Positions 50,117 through 62,181 of a stretch of 64,000 nt of DNA are shown here, piece by piece. Position 1 is the first letter of the stretch; every line of letters begins with the position of its first letter. The position numbers and the translations under genes are program-made. This DNA is from Chiloscyllium plagiosum. Its lineage: Eukaryota. The notes beneath the pieces were generated by a model. The model saw nothing but the letters and a program-made list of their open reading frames with translations. It searched no databases and was not told where the DNA came from. The stretch spans positions 41,137,821 through 41,201,820 of the forward strand of contig NC_057728.1 in assembly GCF_004010195.1 (NCBI RefSeq), given 5' to 3'.

Positions 50117-53100
50117 GTTAGTCTAATCTGCGTGTGTTGGCTGTCTGTACTGCAGCTCAGGCCTGTTTTTTTAAATGTGCTCCTTTGGGAGGGTGTTTTT
50201 ACATATCACCCACAAACAGATTTGAAACATGGTACTCTTCTGTAATAAACACCTTCTACAAGAGCCTTAGCCTGTGCTGTGCTCTCTTGTGGAGTTTGGC
50301 AAATATTCGGATGTCCTCAATGATAGGATCACCAGCAGTTAATGAGGAATAGTGACATTTCTTTTGTTGTATCCTTGCTTTCTTTCACTTCTGAGAATTC
50401 TACATAAATAATCTTCTATTGATGCTTTCTGACCTGGTAAGCACTTCTAGCATTTTCTGTTTTTATTCTTCTATTGATTTTGTTAAAGCTAGGTTTAGAG
50501 GGAGGAACAGAATCATGAAACATTGATATATTCATGCATTCTGGGAATAATTAATTAAGAATCCTTATTTTTATCGTTTTAGTTTTACTTCAGATTTCTG
50601 CCACAGCCTTGCTCCCCTATGCCACTTAATCTTCTATTTCGCCTGTTTATCTGTTATTTCAGAAAGTTATTTTCTTTAAAAAGAGCAGGCAGTACTTGAG
50701 ATGTTAATTTGGTCCTCCTGAGCCCTCAATAGACAGATACCTGTACAGTGGTTATGATATTATTGGGATATATATAATTTATAAGGGTCTTCTTTCATTC
50801 TTGGATTGAATCTCATCTTTTATTCTGTTTGGACTTGACCTGGGGAGAAAAGGAGTCACCTAAACTTTCACTTGCGTGAAAATATCAGAGGTTCCAATTG
50901 CAAAGTAAGAGAGAAAACACAGGCAACCATTGACTGTTCCTGAATTGCTGCAATAAAAATTATTATTGCTTCTACTGGAGTCTGGTAATGCAATAAGACA
51001 CATTTATTTTTTGCCAGATTTACTAAAACTTACATGATTGATATTTTTATCCAACTACTATGGACTGAATACTGTACAGGTAAATGTGATTGGGCTGCTT
51101 TCAGCCAAGATACTTGCACTCACTATGAACATGGCCAGCCTACAGTGTCAACTGCAATTTTTCACTTGCTACTCATATCCCTGGATTCCCCGAGAGACCA
51201 AAAACCTGTCAGCCCTAAATAAACTTGAGCTGGCATATCCACAACCCTCTGCAGTGTAGAATTCCAAAGATTCACAACTCTTTGAGGTCAGATGTTTTTC
51301 CTCATCTCAATCTTGAATCATTAGCCTCTTTTATCCTGAAACCGAATGAACAGAGCAGGGTCCATGGGCTGAATGATCTTCCCCTGCTTCTACTTCTCGT
51401 CTTAAAACAGCATTATTTTTATTGAAGGTACTTTAAATTTTAATCACATTTCAGTTCTCAAAATTTCTGGTATACCAATAATAAAGGTCAACAATCCACT
51501 GCAGTCATCTATTCTTCGTAACCTGCTGTGAGTTAACCTAAAAGAAATTCTTGTCTGTCTCTCAGCACTAAATGAGTGATAACCTGTCTTGATGTACTTG
51601 AATTGATTGATCTAAATCAGTCCTTAGATGCATAACTGATCAAAAAAGAAGTTTAAGTCATGAAAAGTTAAAAGTTCTTTGGAACATTAGAGAGGTTAGC
51701 AGAGGGGTTCTGTCTTCAGCTCCCTATGAATTACTTCCCTAACCTTCTCCACCTCTGCCTTCAATCGAAAGCCTCTTCAAATCTGTTTCCATTAACTCCT
51801 GATCGGTTGCCCATTTGTTGTCTCTTTCATTTGGCTTGATGTCACTTGTATGCTTCACGGAATATTTTTAAAATAAAGAAGGCATTGGTTTCAGTTGATA
51901 ATTCCAATATCTGATGGATTCTACCATTAGTTTCGACAAATTTCTCATGGAAAACTGGAAATTCCATGACACTGAAAGCAATTTTTTGCAGGTTAATGGT
52001 TTACATTGTACGTTGATTTAGATTGTGGCTTAAAAGGTGATCCCATTATTTTTTGGAAGAATGCATTTTTGCGTGTGTCAGCAATGACCCCCTTTTCAGC
52101 CATGACATGCTGTACTGGTAACAGTAATTGGTTTCAATATTTCACCTTTTAACCATAAGCGAAGGATCAAACAGGTGATGCAAAGATGCATAGGAATTTA
52201 AAACATGCCTACACAGACCAAACCCTGTATGAGGAGTGACAAAGATGACCACTATCCACATTGATGTTGGTGGCTTACTTTTAAACCTGGCATGTATAAG
52301 TTGGTTGCCATCTTTGGAAGGACATTTGAAGGCCTCAAAGGTCAATTTCTATGTCAACATCCACAATATGAGTGGCTGTATGAGATAAAATGTTGCGGTA
52401 TTGTACACTGTACCAAATGACTATTTATAGTCTACTGGCTGAATCCAGATGGTCTATATATATGCACATTCTCAGGCTGTGGGACACGTGTTTATAGTGA
52501 TGTGCTAGCAGTCGAAAATTATTAATAGTAAGCCAATAAAAGTAGTCTTTGAAAATAAATCTGACAATGGCAGGAGCTTAATTTTGCTCATTCGGGAAAG
52601 CAATGGTGCTAACAGAAGCTAGCATTTTGATATGATGTGTTATCTTGCTGTTGAAAAAGATTGTGCATTGTCATTGTTTGTTTGTTGCCTGAGGCTTGTG
52701 ATGGAAGAGCACTTGCAGAATGCAAATGTTCATAGATTGTAAAAAAAAATTAAAACTTCATACAGTACAACACTTCATACTTAGTAAGCACTAGTTACAT
52801 GCTTACACATAAACATTGTTATAAACTGGGGGAAGGTTTAAAAATGGTTGCACTGAGCTTTACGTATTTATGCCCTTTTCCAGCACTGGAAACATTAAGG
52901 AGATTTCCTTTTCCTTGATGTGGTCCATAACAATTTCTCATTCTTTTTGTAATTGTTTTCATAATTCCAGCAGGTAACTTTGCAGAAGTAGGACTTGCCA
53001 TGAACATGCTTCATTTCTAATGTGTGTGTACTTTCAAATACTTACCTAGCATGCATATAAATCATAGCTGTTGCTTCCAGTGTTTGTAAAGGAAATATTT

Positions 53101-53341
53101 CTAGGTTTCTGTTCTGTCTCTCCCATGCATTGTTGTTACATTGAGCACTGGCTGTCATTCATTGATCCACAATTGCTCCATCTCTTTAAGCACCACAGTA
53201 AGGTTTAACATCAAAGTGACTGACACGAAACTACTACCACATCCTGGGAAATGTTACCAGGCATGGGTGAAGCTTTCTTTTGATTGAATTGCTGCATTAT
53301 GTTAATTAGAATATTTTTGATGACTGATCCTTTGCAGTTTC

Positions 53342-53685
53342 TAGAACATAGAACAATATCGCGCAGAACAGGCCCTTTGGCCCTCGATGTTGTGCTGACC
53401 TGTGAGCTATTCTCAGTTTGTCCCCTTACACTATCCCAAAATCATCCATGTGCTTATCGAAGGATTGGTTAAATCTCCCTAATGCGGCTGAGTTGACTAC
53501 ATTAGCAGGTAGGGTATTCCACACTTTTACCACTCTCTGCGTAAAGGACCTGCCTCTGACATCTGTCTTAAATCTATCACTCCTCAATTTGTGGTTATAC
53601 ACAGACAGTTGCCCGAGGCTGGAATTGAACCTGGGTCCCTGGAGCCGTGAGACTGCAGTGCTAACCACTGAGCCCCTGTGCCTCT
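53342..53685 (-). mobile_element. Chimera: HE1 tRNA head (53600-53685) joined to CR1 3' end (53342-53598)
   Basis: On -: ggctcagtggttagcactgc...ggttcaattcc then FKTDVRGRSFTQRVVKVWNTLP and the CR1 tail. Confidence 0.8.
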
Positions 53686-53719
53686 TATTTTCCATTTTGC
53701 TAATCATACACTTTAAATA

Positions 53720-55640
53720 AGATCAGGCGCAGATTATTTGGTCCTTCAACTCTGCTGCACAATTCAACTAAAATGTGGCTGATCCTATACCTCAACGTTA
53801 CTTTTCTCATGCTAACTTTCTACCCTCTGATAGCATTAATATCTAGAAATTTTATTATCTCCGTCATACTCCATGATGAGGTTTCCACAGCCTTCTGTGA
53901 CAGAATATTTCAAAGATCTGAATGATGAAATTTCTACTCAGCACTGATTTACTGCTTATCCCAATGCTGTGGAAAAAGTGAGGACTGCAGATGCTGGAGA
54001 TCAGAATCAAGAATGTGGTGCTGGAAAAGCACAGCAGGTCAGACAGCATCCAAGGAGCAGGAGAATCGACCTGTCGAACACAATGCTGTGCCCCCTGTGA
54101 GAGGCACTTGGGAGACCACACTGCCATTACTGATTTTTTGCAATCACTGCATCAGGCCCTGTGAGAATTTTGGAAGCCTCTTTTTTTTTAATGAATATTA
54201 ATCTGTAGATTTGAATAGAGAGTTTGAGTAAATAATGGCCCTGTCTCCTCAATCCTGCAATCCCAGGGATCAGTCTGGCGATCCTTAATTGTATTTCCTC
54301 TATGGTAAGTATATTCTTTCTTAGGTAAAAAGACCAAACTGCACACACTACTCTCACCAAAGCTCTGTATAATTTCAGCAAACCACTATACTTCTGTACT
54401 CAAATCATCTTGCAGTAAGAGTGAACAGACCATTGGTCTTTCTAATTGCTTGCTGCATCTGTTTATTAGTTTTCAATGACTGATGAATAAGCATACGTAG
54501 GTCCTGAGGAACATCAGCACTTTTCAATCTCTCTCCATTGCAATTCTGTCCTCCTGAGAAGCTCTTATCATGAAGATGTAATTTGTTGCATGATAGCAAT
54601 CATATATAACTTAATCTCTCTAACAATGTCCATCATGTTAATCGATGAGGAAGTCAATCAGCCTTACTCCTTTTAAGATTCTAAGTCATTCCTGTGCCTA
54701 GCCCATATGACATCCCCCTCAGCTTTAGCACTTTAAGATTTCTAATTATTATGCAACACTAACCATCTTCTTGAGTAAATAGATTTTCCTCATTTGACCT
54801 CTGGTTCACTTGCCAGTCACTTTAAATGAGTCGCCTGGTTTTTGACTCTTCCACCAATGGGAGCAGTTTCTTCCTATCTTCTCTATCCAGGCCCCTCTTA
54901 ATTTTGAACAGCATATTCAAAGCTTCTTTTCACTTTTTTCTTTGAAGGAGAACAACTCCAATTCCAACCTCCAATAGGGGAGGTGATGCCTAGTGGTATT
55001 ATTACTGGGCTGTTAATCCAGAGACCCAGCTAATGTTCTGAGGACCTGGATTTGAATCCTGCCACAGCAGATGGCAGAATTTGAATTCAATAAAAATCTG
55101 GAATTAGGAGTCAAATGATAATCATGAGCCCATTGCCTCTTGTCAAAAATAAAATTTGGTTCACTAATGTTTTTCATGAAGGAAACTGCCATGCTTAACC
55201 AGATAATAATGTGGAATTGATTGACTGTGGTCATCATTAGACTCTTACTAGGAAAAACCCATCCGGTTCATTAATGTCCTTTTGGGAATGTCATTAGCTG
55301 GTCAGACTGTCATGTGACTCCAGACCCACAGCAATGTGGTTGACTCTTAACTGCCCTCTGGCAATTAGGAATAGGCAATATATGCTGGCCTAGCCAGTGA
55401 TGACTTCATCCCAGAAATGAATACCAAAGAAAACTACTTCAATCTGTCTCTGCAACTGAAGTTGCTTATCCCCAGCGCCACTCATAAAACCTTCTGTGTA
55501 CCCACTCTAATGTTTTCAGACACTTTTTTTAAAGTGCAGTGCCTAGAATTGGGCACAGTGCTCTAGTTGAAGGCAAACTGCTGTTTTATAAATTATTTCC
55601 TTGCTTTTGCATCCCATGCCCCTATTTACAAAAGCTTTGA
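53720..55640 (-). mobile_element. Decayed CR1 fragments with nested family A terminus (53972-54078) and SINE B
   Basis: ORF 54127-54381: MLKLYRALVR...WSFYLRKNIL; ORF 54405-54599. Confidence 0.7.
54975..55425 (+). mobile_element. SINE family B with internal duplication
   Basis: cctagtggtattattactgggctgttaatccagagaccc...; the ggttcactaatgt segment occurs twice (~55158, ~55265). Confidence 0.8.
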
Positions 55641-56986
55641 TTACAATTTCCTCCTCTTGAAGTAGTGCAGGTAATTATCAATGTTCCCTAGCTATGTAGT
55701 ACTTGTATTTACAGCCCTGTGATTTATCACATTTAAATCCTTTGTGATCTATGATGAAGGTTGTCATAACATGATAAAGTTATATCAGTCACATTAACTC
55801 CTTCAAAAGTGATTGCTGTTGTCTAAAAATCTCTGTCTCGCCTGTTGATTTGATATATATTGCACCCCTGAGGATAAATAATGCAATTGATTGATGACTA
55901 TTAGAATAATTATCAGTGGAACAGTCAACGGAACAAAGAATGCTTTTTGATTGTAAAAGCTGCCATAAAAAAAATCCTATTTCTGATTGTCATTATTTTG
56001 TCCGGACATTCTTGGCAGTTAAATAATGTTATGCATTGATGTGGTACCTTTGATGTAAAATCATTCCAGGAATTTTATTCCATGAAGATGGAAATCGATT
56101 ACTTGGGTATAGCAGCCTAATGGTTATGATTAGATTAACAACGTAAGATTGCAAGTTCAAATTTGTAGCTCTACGAAACCCAGACAAGAATGGTGTTAGG
56201 TAACCACCCAACTAAGAGTTGGAGGAAGCAGTAAAAGCATCCCCATTTACAAACTTCGTGCAGCCAAGCAAGTGAATGTAACTGGTGAGGCTGAAGTGTT
56301 TGCATACGTTTTATGCCAAACACGCCAACTGCATGATCCTACACAATCTTCATTATTGTAAATGCATCTACCTGGCTAAGTTGGTTCACTTCACCTGAAA
56401 TTTAGTAGCGATTGACTGCACCAGTCAGAGCCAGAATAATTGAATCTGACTGTGGACAAGAACACTAGCAAAATTAGCTTCTTCCAGCCCAGCTTCCATC
56501 TTGCAATATGGGACATTGTGTTCCTTTCTCTCCTATCCATAAAGCACGGGATGACTGTAATCTGGCCAATGCCAGTCTGCTAATCATCAGTCAATGATGG
56601 AAGGATTCATTGCCTACTGAATCATAACCTCCTCAATGCTCAGTTCTGCTTCTGCCTGAGCCTTTCAGCTTATGATATCCTTTTTCCATCTTTATCCAAA
56701 AATGGAGCCGAGGTGAATGCCAGAGATACAGTAGCAAAATGGCAGCATTCAACTTAGCATGGCACTAATGATTCTAGTATTTGCATTTAATATAATCAAA
56801 TAACATGTTCAAAGTTTGTGAGAAGATTTGTAGCTCGGGTGCTCGTTGCTGTGGTTCTGTTCGCCGAGCTGGAAGTTTTTGTTGCAAACGTTTCGTCCCC
56901 CTGTCAGTGCTTGGGAGCCTCCTGTGAGGCTAGCCACGAAACGACATGACCAGCTATCCCTCGTAGCCACACACGCAGACGACAAG

Positions 56987-57038
56987 NNNNNNNNNNNNNN
57001 NNNNNNNNNNNNNNNNNNNNNNNNNNNNNNNNNNNNNN
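56987..57038. other. Assembly gap (52 N)
   Basis: Run of N. Confidence 0.99.
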
Positions 57039-57338
57039 ATCAACTAGCCATGAAACGACATGACCAGCTATCCCTAGTAGCCACACACGCAGACGACAAG
57101 CAACATGAATTTGACTGGGACAACACTACCATTATAGGGCAAGCGAAACAAAGGACAGCCAGGGAATTCCTAGAAGCTTGGCACTCATCCACAAACTCCA
57201 TCAACAAACACATAGACCTGGACCCAATATACCGGCCACTACAGCGGACAGCTGAAACTGACAACAGGAAGCGTCAGGGACAGGCCACTATAAATGCCGG
57301 AGGAAACACCACAGAAGCGCTTCACAGGAGGCTCCCAA

Positions 57339-57378
57339 GCACTCAGGATGTCACCTAGACAGGGGACGAAACGTTTGC
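57339..57378 (+). ncRNA. Hammerhead motif of the second PLE clade, core-mutated (CUCAGGA)
   Basis: GCA-CUCAGGA-U-GUC...GAC-GAAA-CG-UU-UGC. The sister copy at ~25127-25168 (-) has CUGAGGA intact but GAAA>AAAA. Confidence 0.5.
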
Positions 57379-59044
57379 AACAAAAACTTCCAGCTCGGCA
57401 AACAGAACCACAGCAATCAAATAACAAATAAAGGCATTCAAAAAAAGTCCTTACTTTCACAAAAAAAACTGTATCCTAAAATTGTCAGACTTTTCAGCCA
57501 TGAGCAGAAACACATCCACTGCTTGTCAAACTGTTTATTAGGTCTAACAAATATTGTCTGTTATTCACGAGATACTATGCAGCCAAATACAGTCTTGGCC
57601 ATGCAGATGCCCATATGTCAAATACAACATATTCTAGGACATTCCTTGGAGCTGTTCCCAGTCTGTGGGCATTAGTTCCCTGGAAATGTGGAACAAATGC
57701 TGTAAGTGGCATTGTCACTGCAGACTAATCCATCTGAAATCATGGTAGCTCCAAGGAAGTTCCTTACCATTGTTATGGATCCTTCATTAGTCAGAACTAA
57801 AATTGTGAAGTGCATCACCACTAACAAATGCTTCAATACACACATCCCATAACAAGCCCCAAAATATGATTCTAATGTGATACTATTGCAAAGCTTTCTA
57901 TTTTTGTTTTTCACATATCATTGCAGTGTCCTGTTTAACCAGTGCTGATGTGTATCAGGAGGACGTTGCAGTCGTTTTATTGCCATTTCTTAGTGACAGA
58001 GTAGAGATCTCTTTAGACTCAGACATTTGTTGTGAGCTAAGTAATTATAAAACTTCTGTTTGCCATCCATGTTTAATAGTTTGTTTTATCTCTATGTAGT
58101 GTGTGGATGCTTTTATCTATGTTGTACATGGATGCCTTACCGCTGACTGTATTTGGGAGATAGGCAAAAGAGAAAAAAGGAAGAAAGTGTAAACATGGTT
58201 GATGTTCATGTGTAGCAACACTGTCAACATTGAACAGATCTTTAAACATAAATTATGTCCATAAACCTTTGGCATTGCATCTCATAAATATGGTTAAAAG
58301 CAATACACCACACCCATGTCAGAAGATGGGCCCAGGATGTGTTTTATTCAGAGTTTGTTCTCCTATTTCTTCTGGTGTGACTGCTGTTCTACATCTTTCA
58401 TTAATGTGAGTTTACCTCCTAGGACCAGTGCCTGATACAGAACAGAAGCAACGTGTTGTGTTTTTCTTCACATGAGACAGCTTTGATTTAAAATTCCACA
58501 TTTGCAAGTAATTTTATAATTTCCCCAATTTCCCTTTTCAATGGATTAGTAATAAATTCCATATTTGATCCATTGTCCCTACTTGAAAAGCAATCACCGA
58601 ATTTATTTTCTGATTGTGTTCTGAGATTCATGTCCTCACTATCTCTGGAACCAATTTACCATCCTTTTCAAAACACTTCATAATTTTGGCATTCTCTCTT
58701 TAGATGATGATCTTACCAGATCTGAAACAAAATCCCAACATTTTCAAGACTGTCTTCCAAACTGCAAAACATTTATCAATGTAGCATCAGAGTAAATGTG
58801 CACAATATTCCTTCCATTGCTTTCATTGTACACCACACCTGCAATTATGGCTATATTTATTTTGAGGTTTATTTTGTTCAACTTTCTTGCCATTTTGTGT
58901 ATCCTATCCAACAAGATAACAAAGCAAGGATTCAATTTTCAACGTTCTTCTACTTGTGGCCTCACTGAGGACAAATAGTCCTCAGCAAAGAACTCCCTTT
59001 GTTTCTCTCCGCACCAGGTCAACCTTGATGAAGTAACTTTTTAA

Positions 59045-59260
59045 CGATTTGGAGGAGCTGGTGTTGGACAGGGGTGTACAAAGTTAAAAATCTCACAACA
59101 CCAGGTTATAGTCCAACAGGTTTATTTGGAAGCACTGGCTTTCGAAGCGCTGCTCCTTCAGGTGGTTGTGGAGTTAGCGCTCTGAAAGCTAATGCTTCCA
59201 AATAAATCTGTTGGACTGTAACCTGGTGTTGTGTGATTTTTAACTTTTGTACAATCGTTT
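59045..59260. mobile_element. Palindromic element, family B
   Basis: aaagttaaaaatctcacaacaccaggttatagtccaacagg mirrored by ctgttggactgtaacctggtgttgtgtgatttttaacttt. Confidence 0.85.
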
Positions 59261-59697
59261 AACAGCTTTTTTGTACCTGTTTCCTCTCCTTTTCCTACTA
59301 CATCCAATAATTCCATTATACAGATTCTATTGTTGCAATGAACATGGATGAACACTGTATCCACAGTTTTTCTTAACTCTTTTTGATCTATCTTCTCTGC
59401 TAGTAAGGAAAATAAATTAAACTTTGAGTGAATTCAGCATGAATTTGAGACTGAGGTGTGAGAATGGGCAGGAGTTTCATTGTTTTTTTCTTTACGACTT
59501 TTACTGTGTAGTAGGGTTTTTCACAGGTCTCTGCTGAATTTACAGAAGTGAGCAAAAAAGAAAAAGGGTGGTGCTGCTGCAAGGAGAAACAAATAACACA
59601 ATTCAAGAAAGTAGATGGAAGTTAAGATGAACGAATTGTGATTGCAGGGGGTTTTCCCCTCCGTTTTAAATGTAGGTTTGGCTGGAATTTGTTTGTA

Positions 59698-60325
59698 TTG
59701 AAGAGTAGGGTGCTGGAAAAGCACAGCAGGTCAGGCAGTATCAAGGAGCAGAAGAATCAACGTTTCGGACATACGCCCTTCATCAGGAATGGGGCTTGTG
59801 GACCGGGGAACCGAGAGATAAATGGGAGGAGGGGGTTGGGACTGGGGGGAAAGTAGCTTGGAAAGTGAAAGGTAGATGAAGGTGAGGGAGGAGGTGATAG
59901 GTCGAGGCGGGGGTGGAGCGGATAGATGGGAAAGGTGATGGACATATCAGGAAGACGGTGTCGAGTTGGAGGCTTGGGACTGGGATAATGTGTGGAGAGG
60001 GGAAATGAGGACACTGTTCAAATCCACATTTATCCCGTGTGGTTGCACGGTCCCAAAGGAGAATATGGGGCGTTATTCCTCGAGGTGTCAGGTGGTAATG
60101 GTTTGGCAGTGGAAGAGGCCCAGGACCTGCGTGTCCTCGACAGAATGGGAGGGAGAGTTGAAGTGTTCAGCCACAGGGCGGTGGGGTTGGTGGGTGCGGG
60201 TGTTCCAGAGATGTTCTCTGAAATGATCCGCAAAAAGGCGTCCTGCCTCACCAATATAGAAGAGACCACATCGGGTGCAACGGATACAATAGATGACATT
60301 GGTAGAGGTACAGGTAAATTTCTCC
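59698..60325 (-). mobile_element. Neptune-type PLE 3' part
   Basis: Colinear with 2855-3470 and 37379-37960; terminal repeat with hammerhead. Confidence 0.88.
59755..59790 (-). ncRNA. Minimal hammerhead motif at the 3' end of a PLE
   Basis: Reverse complement AUUC-CUGAUGA-A-GGGC-GUAU-GUCC-GAAA-CG-UU-GAUU. Confidence 0.6.
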
Positions 60326-60689
60326 GAGTGGAATCTGTTTTAGATTTAATTTATAATTAGACACTAATATTCCATTTTAATCCCAGTGCAGACGGTTCAC
60401 AACCTTGTTTATTTTTAAATGTTTCTCTTCCTCTATTTAAAAAATAGACCACCATAGCCTTACCAGATCATAGGGCTGCTCTCCCATTTGAGAGAGATGA
60501 GTGGCGGTGGTTTACCCTGAGGGGTACCGCACTTCAGGCAGGGGAGAGGTTGTGAAGGAGAAATCTTCATGGTAACTTCAACTGGTATGAGATTACAAAT
60601 CACACTTGACATTGCTGTATATTCACAAACCAAGCAGAAGAGCTAAAGCTGATGGCTCTAAAAAGAAAAGAAATGGTTGCATTAATATC

Positions 60690-61120
60690 GCAAGTTTCCT
60701 GACCACTGGTTGTCTTAAAGTGCTTTGCAATCAAACAAAGTACTGTTGAAGTCTAGGTGCTGACTGCAGTATGTGAAATGTAGCAGCCAATTTGCCAACA
60801 ACAAAACCCAAATACTGCAGTCTTGGCTAGGTTACAGTTTTCTTTTTTGTAATGTTGCTTGAGGGATAAATATTAGCCAGGACATGGGGTTAGCTCCTCT
60901 CCTCTACAAAGTTGTCTATTGAATTATTTACATGCATCTAATTAGGCAGAGAGGACTTTGATTTGTTACATCATCTAAAAGGCTGCACTTCCAGAAGTGC
61001 AGCACTCCCATAGTATTGCACTGAAACATCAGCCTTGTGTCTTATACTCAAGTCCTGGATTTGGCTTTGAGCCTAGAACCTTGTGATTCAAGAGGTGAGT
61101 GCAACCAATTGAGCCATGGT
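60690..61120 (-). mobile_element. Deu-domain SINE (SacSINE1/AmnSINE1-like)
   Basis: On -: tRNA-like head then cagtgcaatactatggagtgctgcacttctggaagtgcagccttttagatga, resembling the DeuSINE central domain (recalled). Confidence 0.65.
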
Positions 61121-61672
61121 TTACACACTGGAATTAAATGCAGTATACAATTGGGATAAATATCAGCAGTACATTAGCTTCATTAAGTCAAACTCTTGCC
61201 AGGCCTTGTACCAAAATTATTATAGGAACAAAGTTTTAATGTCAGTTGAGGTATCATTAGATTCTTATTTACTTTTGTAATAGAATGAATTTCTTGGGCT
61301 ATTTCTATCAAGCAAAGTTTAATGTCTGCACATTGTTAGTACAAAAGTTTTTAATGTAAACTTTGAGTCTACTTCAACAAAAGTTCAATTATTTATTACT
61401 AGACAATCGCATTGTTGCTTTGATCATCATCTTAAGACATGAATACAGAATGTCTTAGTCTGTTGTTGTGCAGCAGGTTCAACCAGTGAACAGTCCGAGT
61501 CACATGGGTTTGGAATATACCAGTTTGGTGTCTGCTCTGTGCTGATTTAATGGTATACCATAGCAGTTTTAATGGTGGAAAAATAACCAGGGTTCTCATT
61601 TCCATTGTCCAGTAACCCCTTATGGATGTGCAAGTGCAGATTTGGGTTCAGACAAAATTGGGCTTTTGTCTT

Positions 61673-61952
61673 TTTTTTTATGCACGAATCTTTATTCAAA
61701 TTCCACCACCAGGAAGATAGGAAAACACCCGGGTGGCCAGTGACAAACACTGCCCTTCACATCAAAGGGCAGTGCTGTGAGATCAAAACAGTGAGGGGGA
61801 GGGTAGCGACTAAATCAAAATAGAGTTGGAGGGAGAAATGATGCACTCCACTCCCTGTGGTGCCCACCTCTCCCTGAACAACTCCAGGGTGTTGGTCGAC
61901 ACCACGTGCTCCTTCTCCAAGGACACCCGGGCTCTAACGTAACCGCGGAAGA
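61673..61952 (-). mobile_element. 5'-truncated Tx1/L1-type retrotransposon with poly(A) and TSD
   Basis: On -: LFRGYVRARVSLEKEHVVSTNTLELFRERWAPQGVECIISPSNSIL, then 3'UTR, AATAAA and A-tail. TSD ggcttttgtctt at 61661 and 61953. Confidence 0.8.
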
Positions 61953-62181
61953 GGCTTTTGTCTTCTCCATTGCCAATTGGGAGCTACCATCAAGTTAATT
62001 TAATCAACTTGTTGTGACACACCTTAATGGTGGTTAGAATTTGAATCCAGACTGTCTATCACTGCACAACAAGGGGCAACTACTACCTATATTTACATAT
62101 GCAAAATGATCACTTGAGCAAAGTATTCTTAGAACAGTTCCCCAGTGAATGATCAATTTTAGTGACTTTCTATTTGTCATT

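Larger units (their letters stand above)
56806..57414 (+). mobile_element. Poseidon-type Penelope-like element, 5'-truncated, with inverted terminal repeat and 12-bp TSD
   Basis: HEFDWDNTTIIGQAKQRTAREFLEAWHS...INKH (GIY-YIG C-terminus). 56846-56900 is inverted at 57362-57416. TSD aatcaaataaca at 56794 and 57415. Confidence 0.92.

Noticed and set aside
49928..50245. 105-aa ORF from the track spanning exon 2
   Set aside because: Wrong frame for GRIP1 and runs across the splice sites; only its exon-internal part is relevant (see the overlapping-ORF finding).
52190..52340. aggaatttaaa resembling the start of GRIP1 exon 3 (EEFK)
   Set aside because: No polypyrimidine acceptor, and downstream codons do not give G..VVEL.KKEG; exon 3 appears to lie beyond the window.
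56930..57100. 57-bp direct duplication (KRHDQLSLVATHADDK twice) in the Poseidon ORF
   Set aside because: The two copies flank the N gap and differ at 2 positions; most likely an unmerged contig overlap, not a real tandem repeat.
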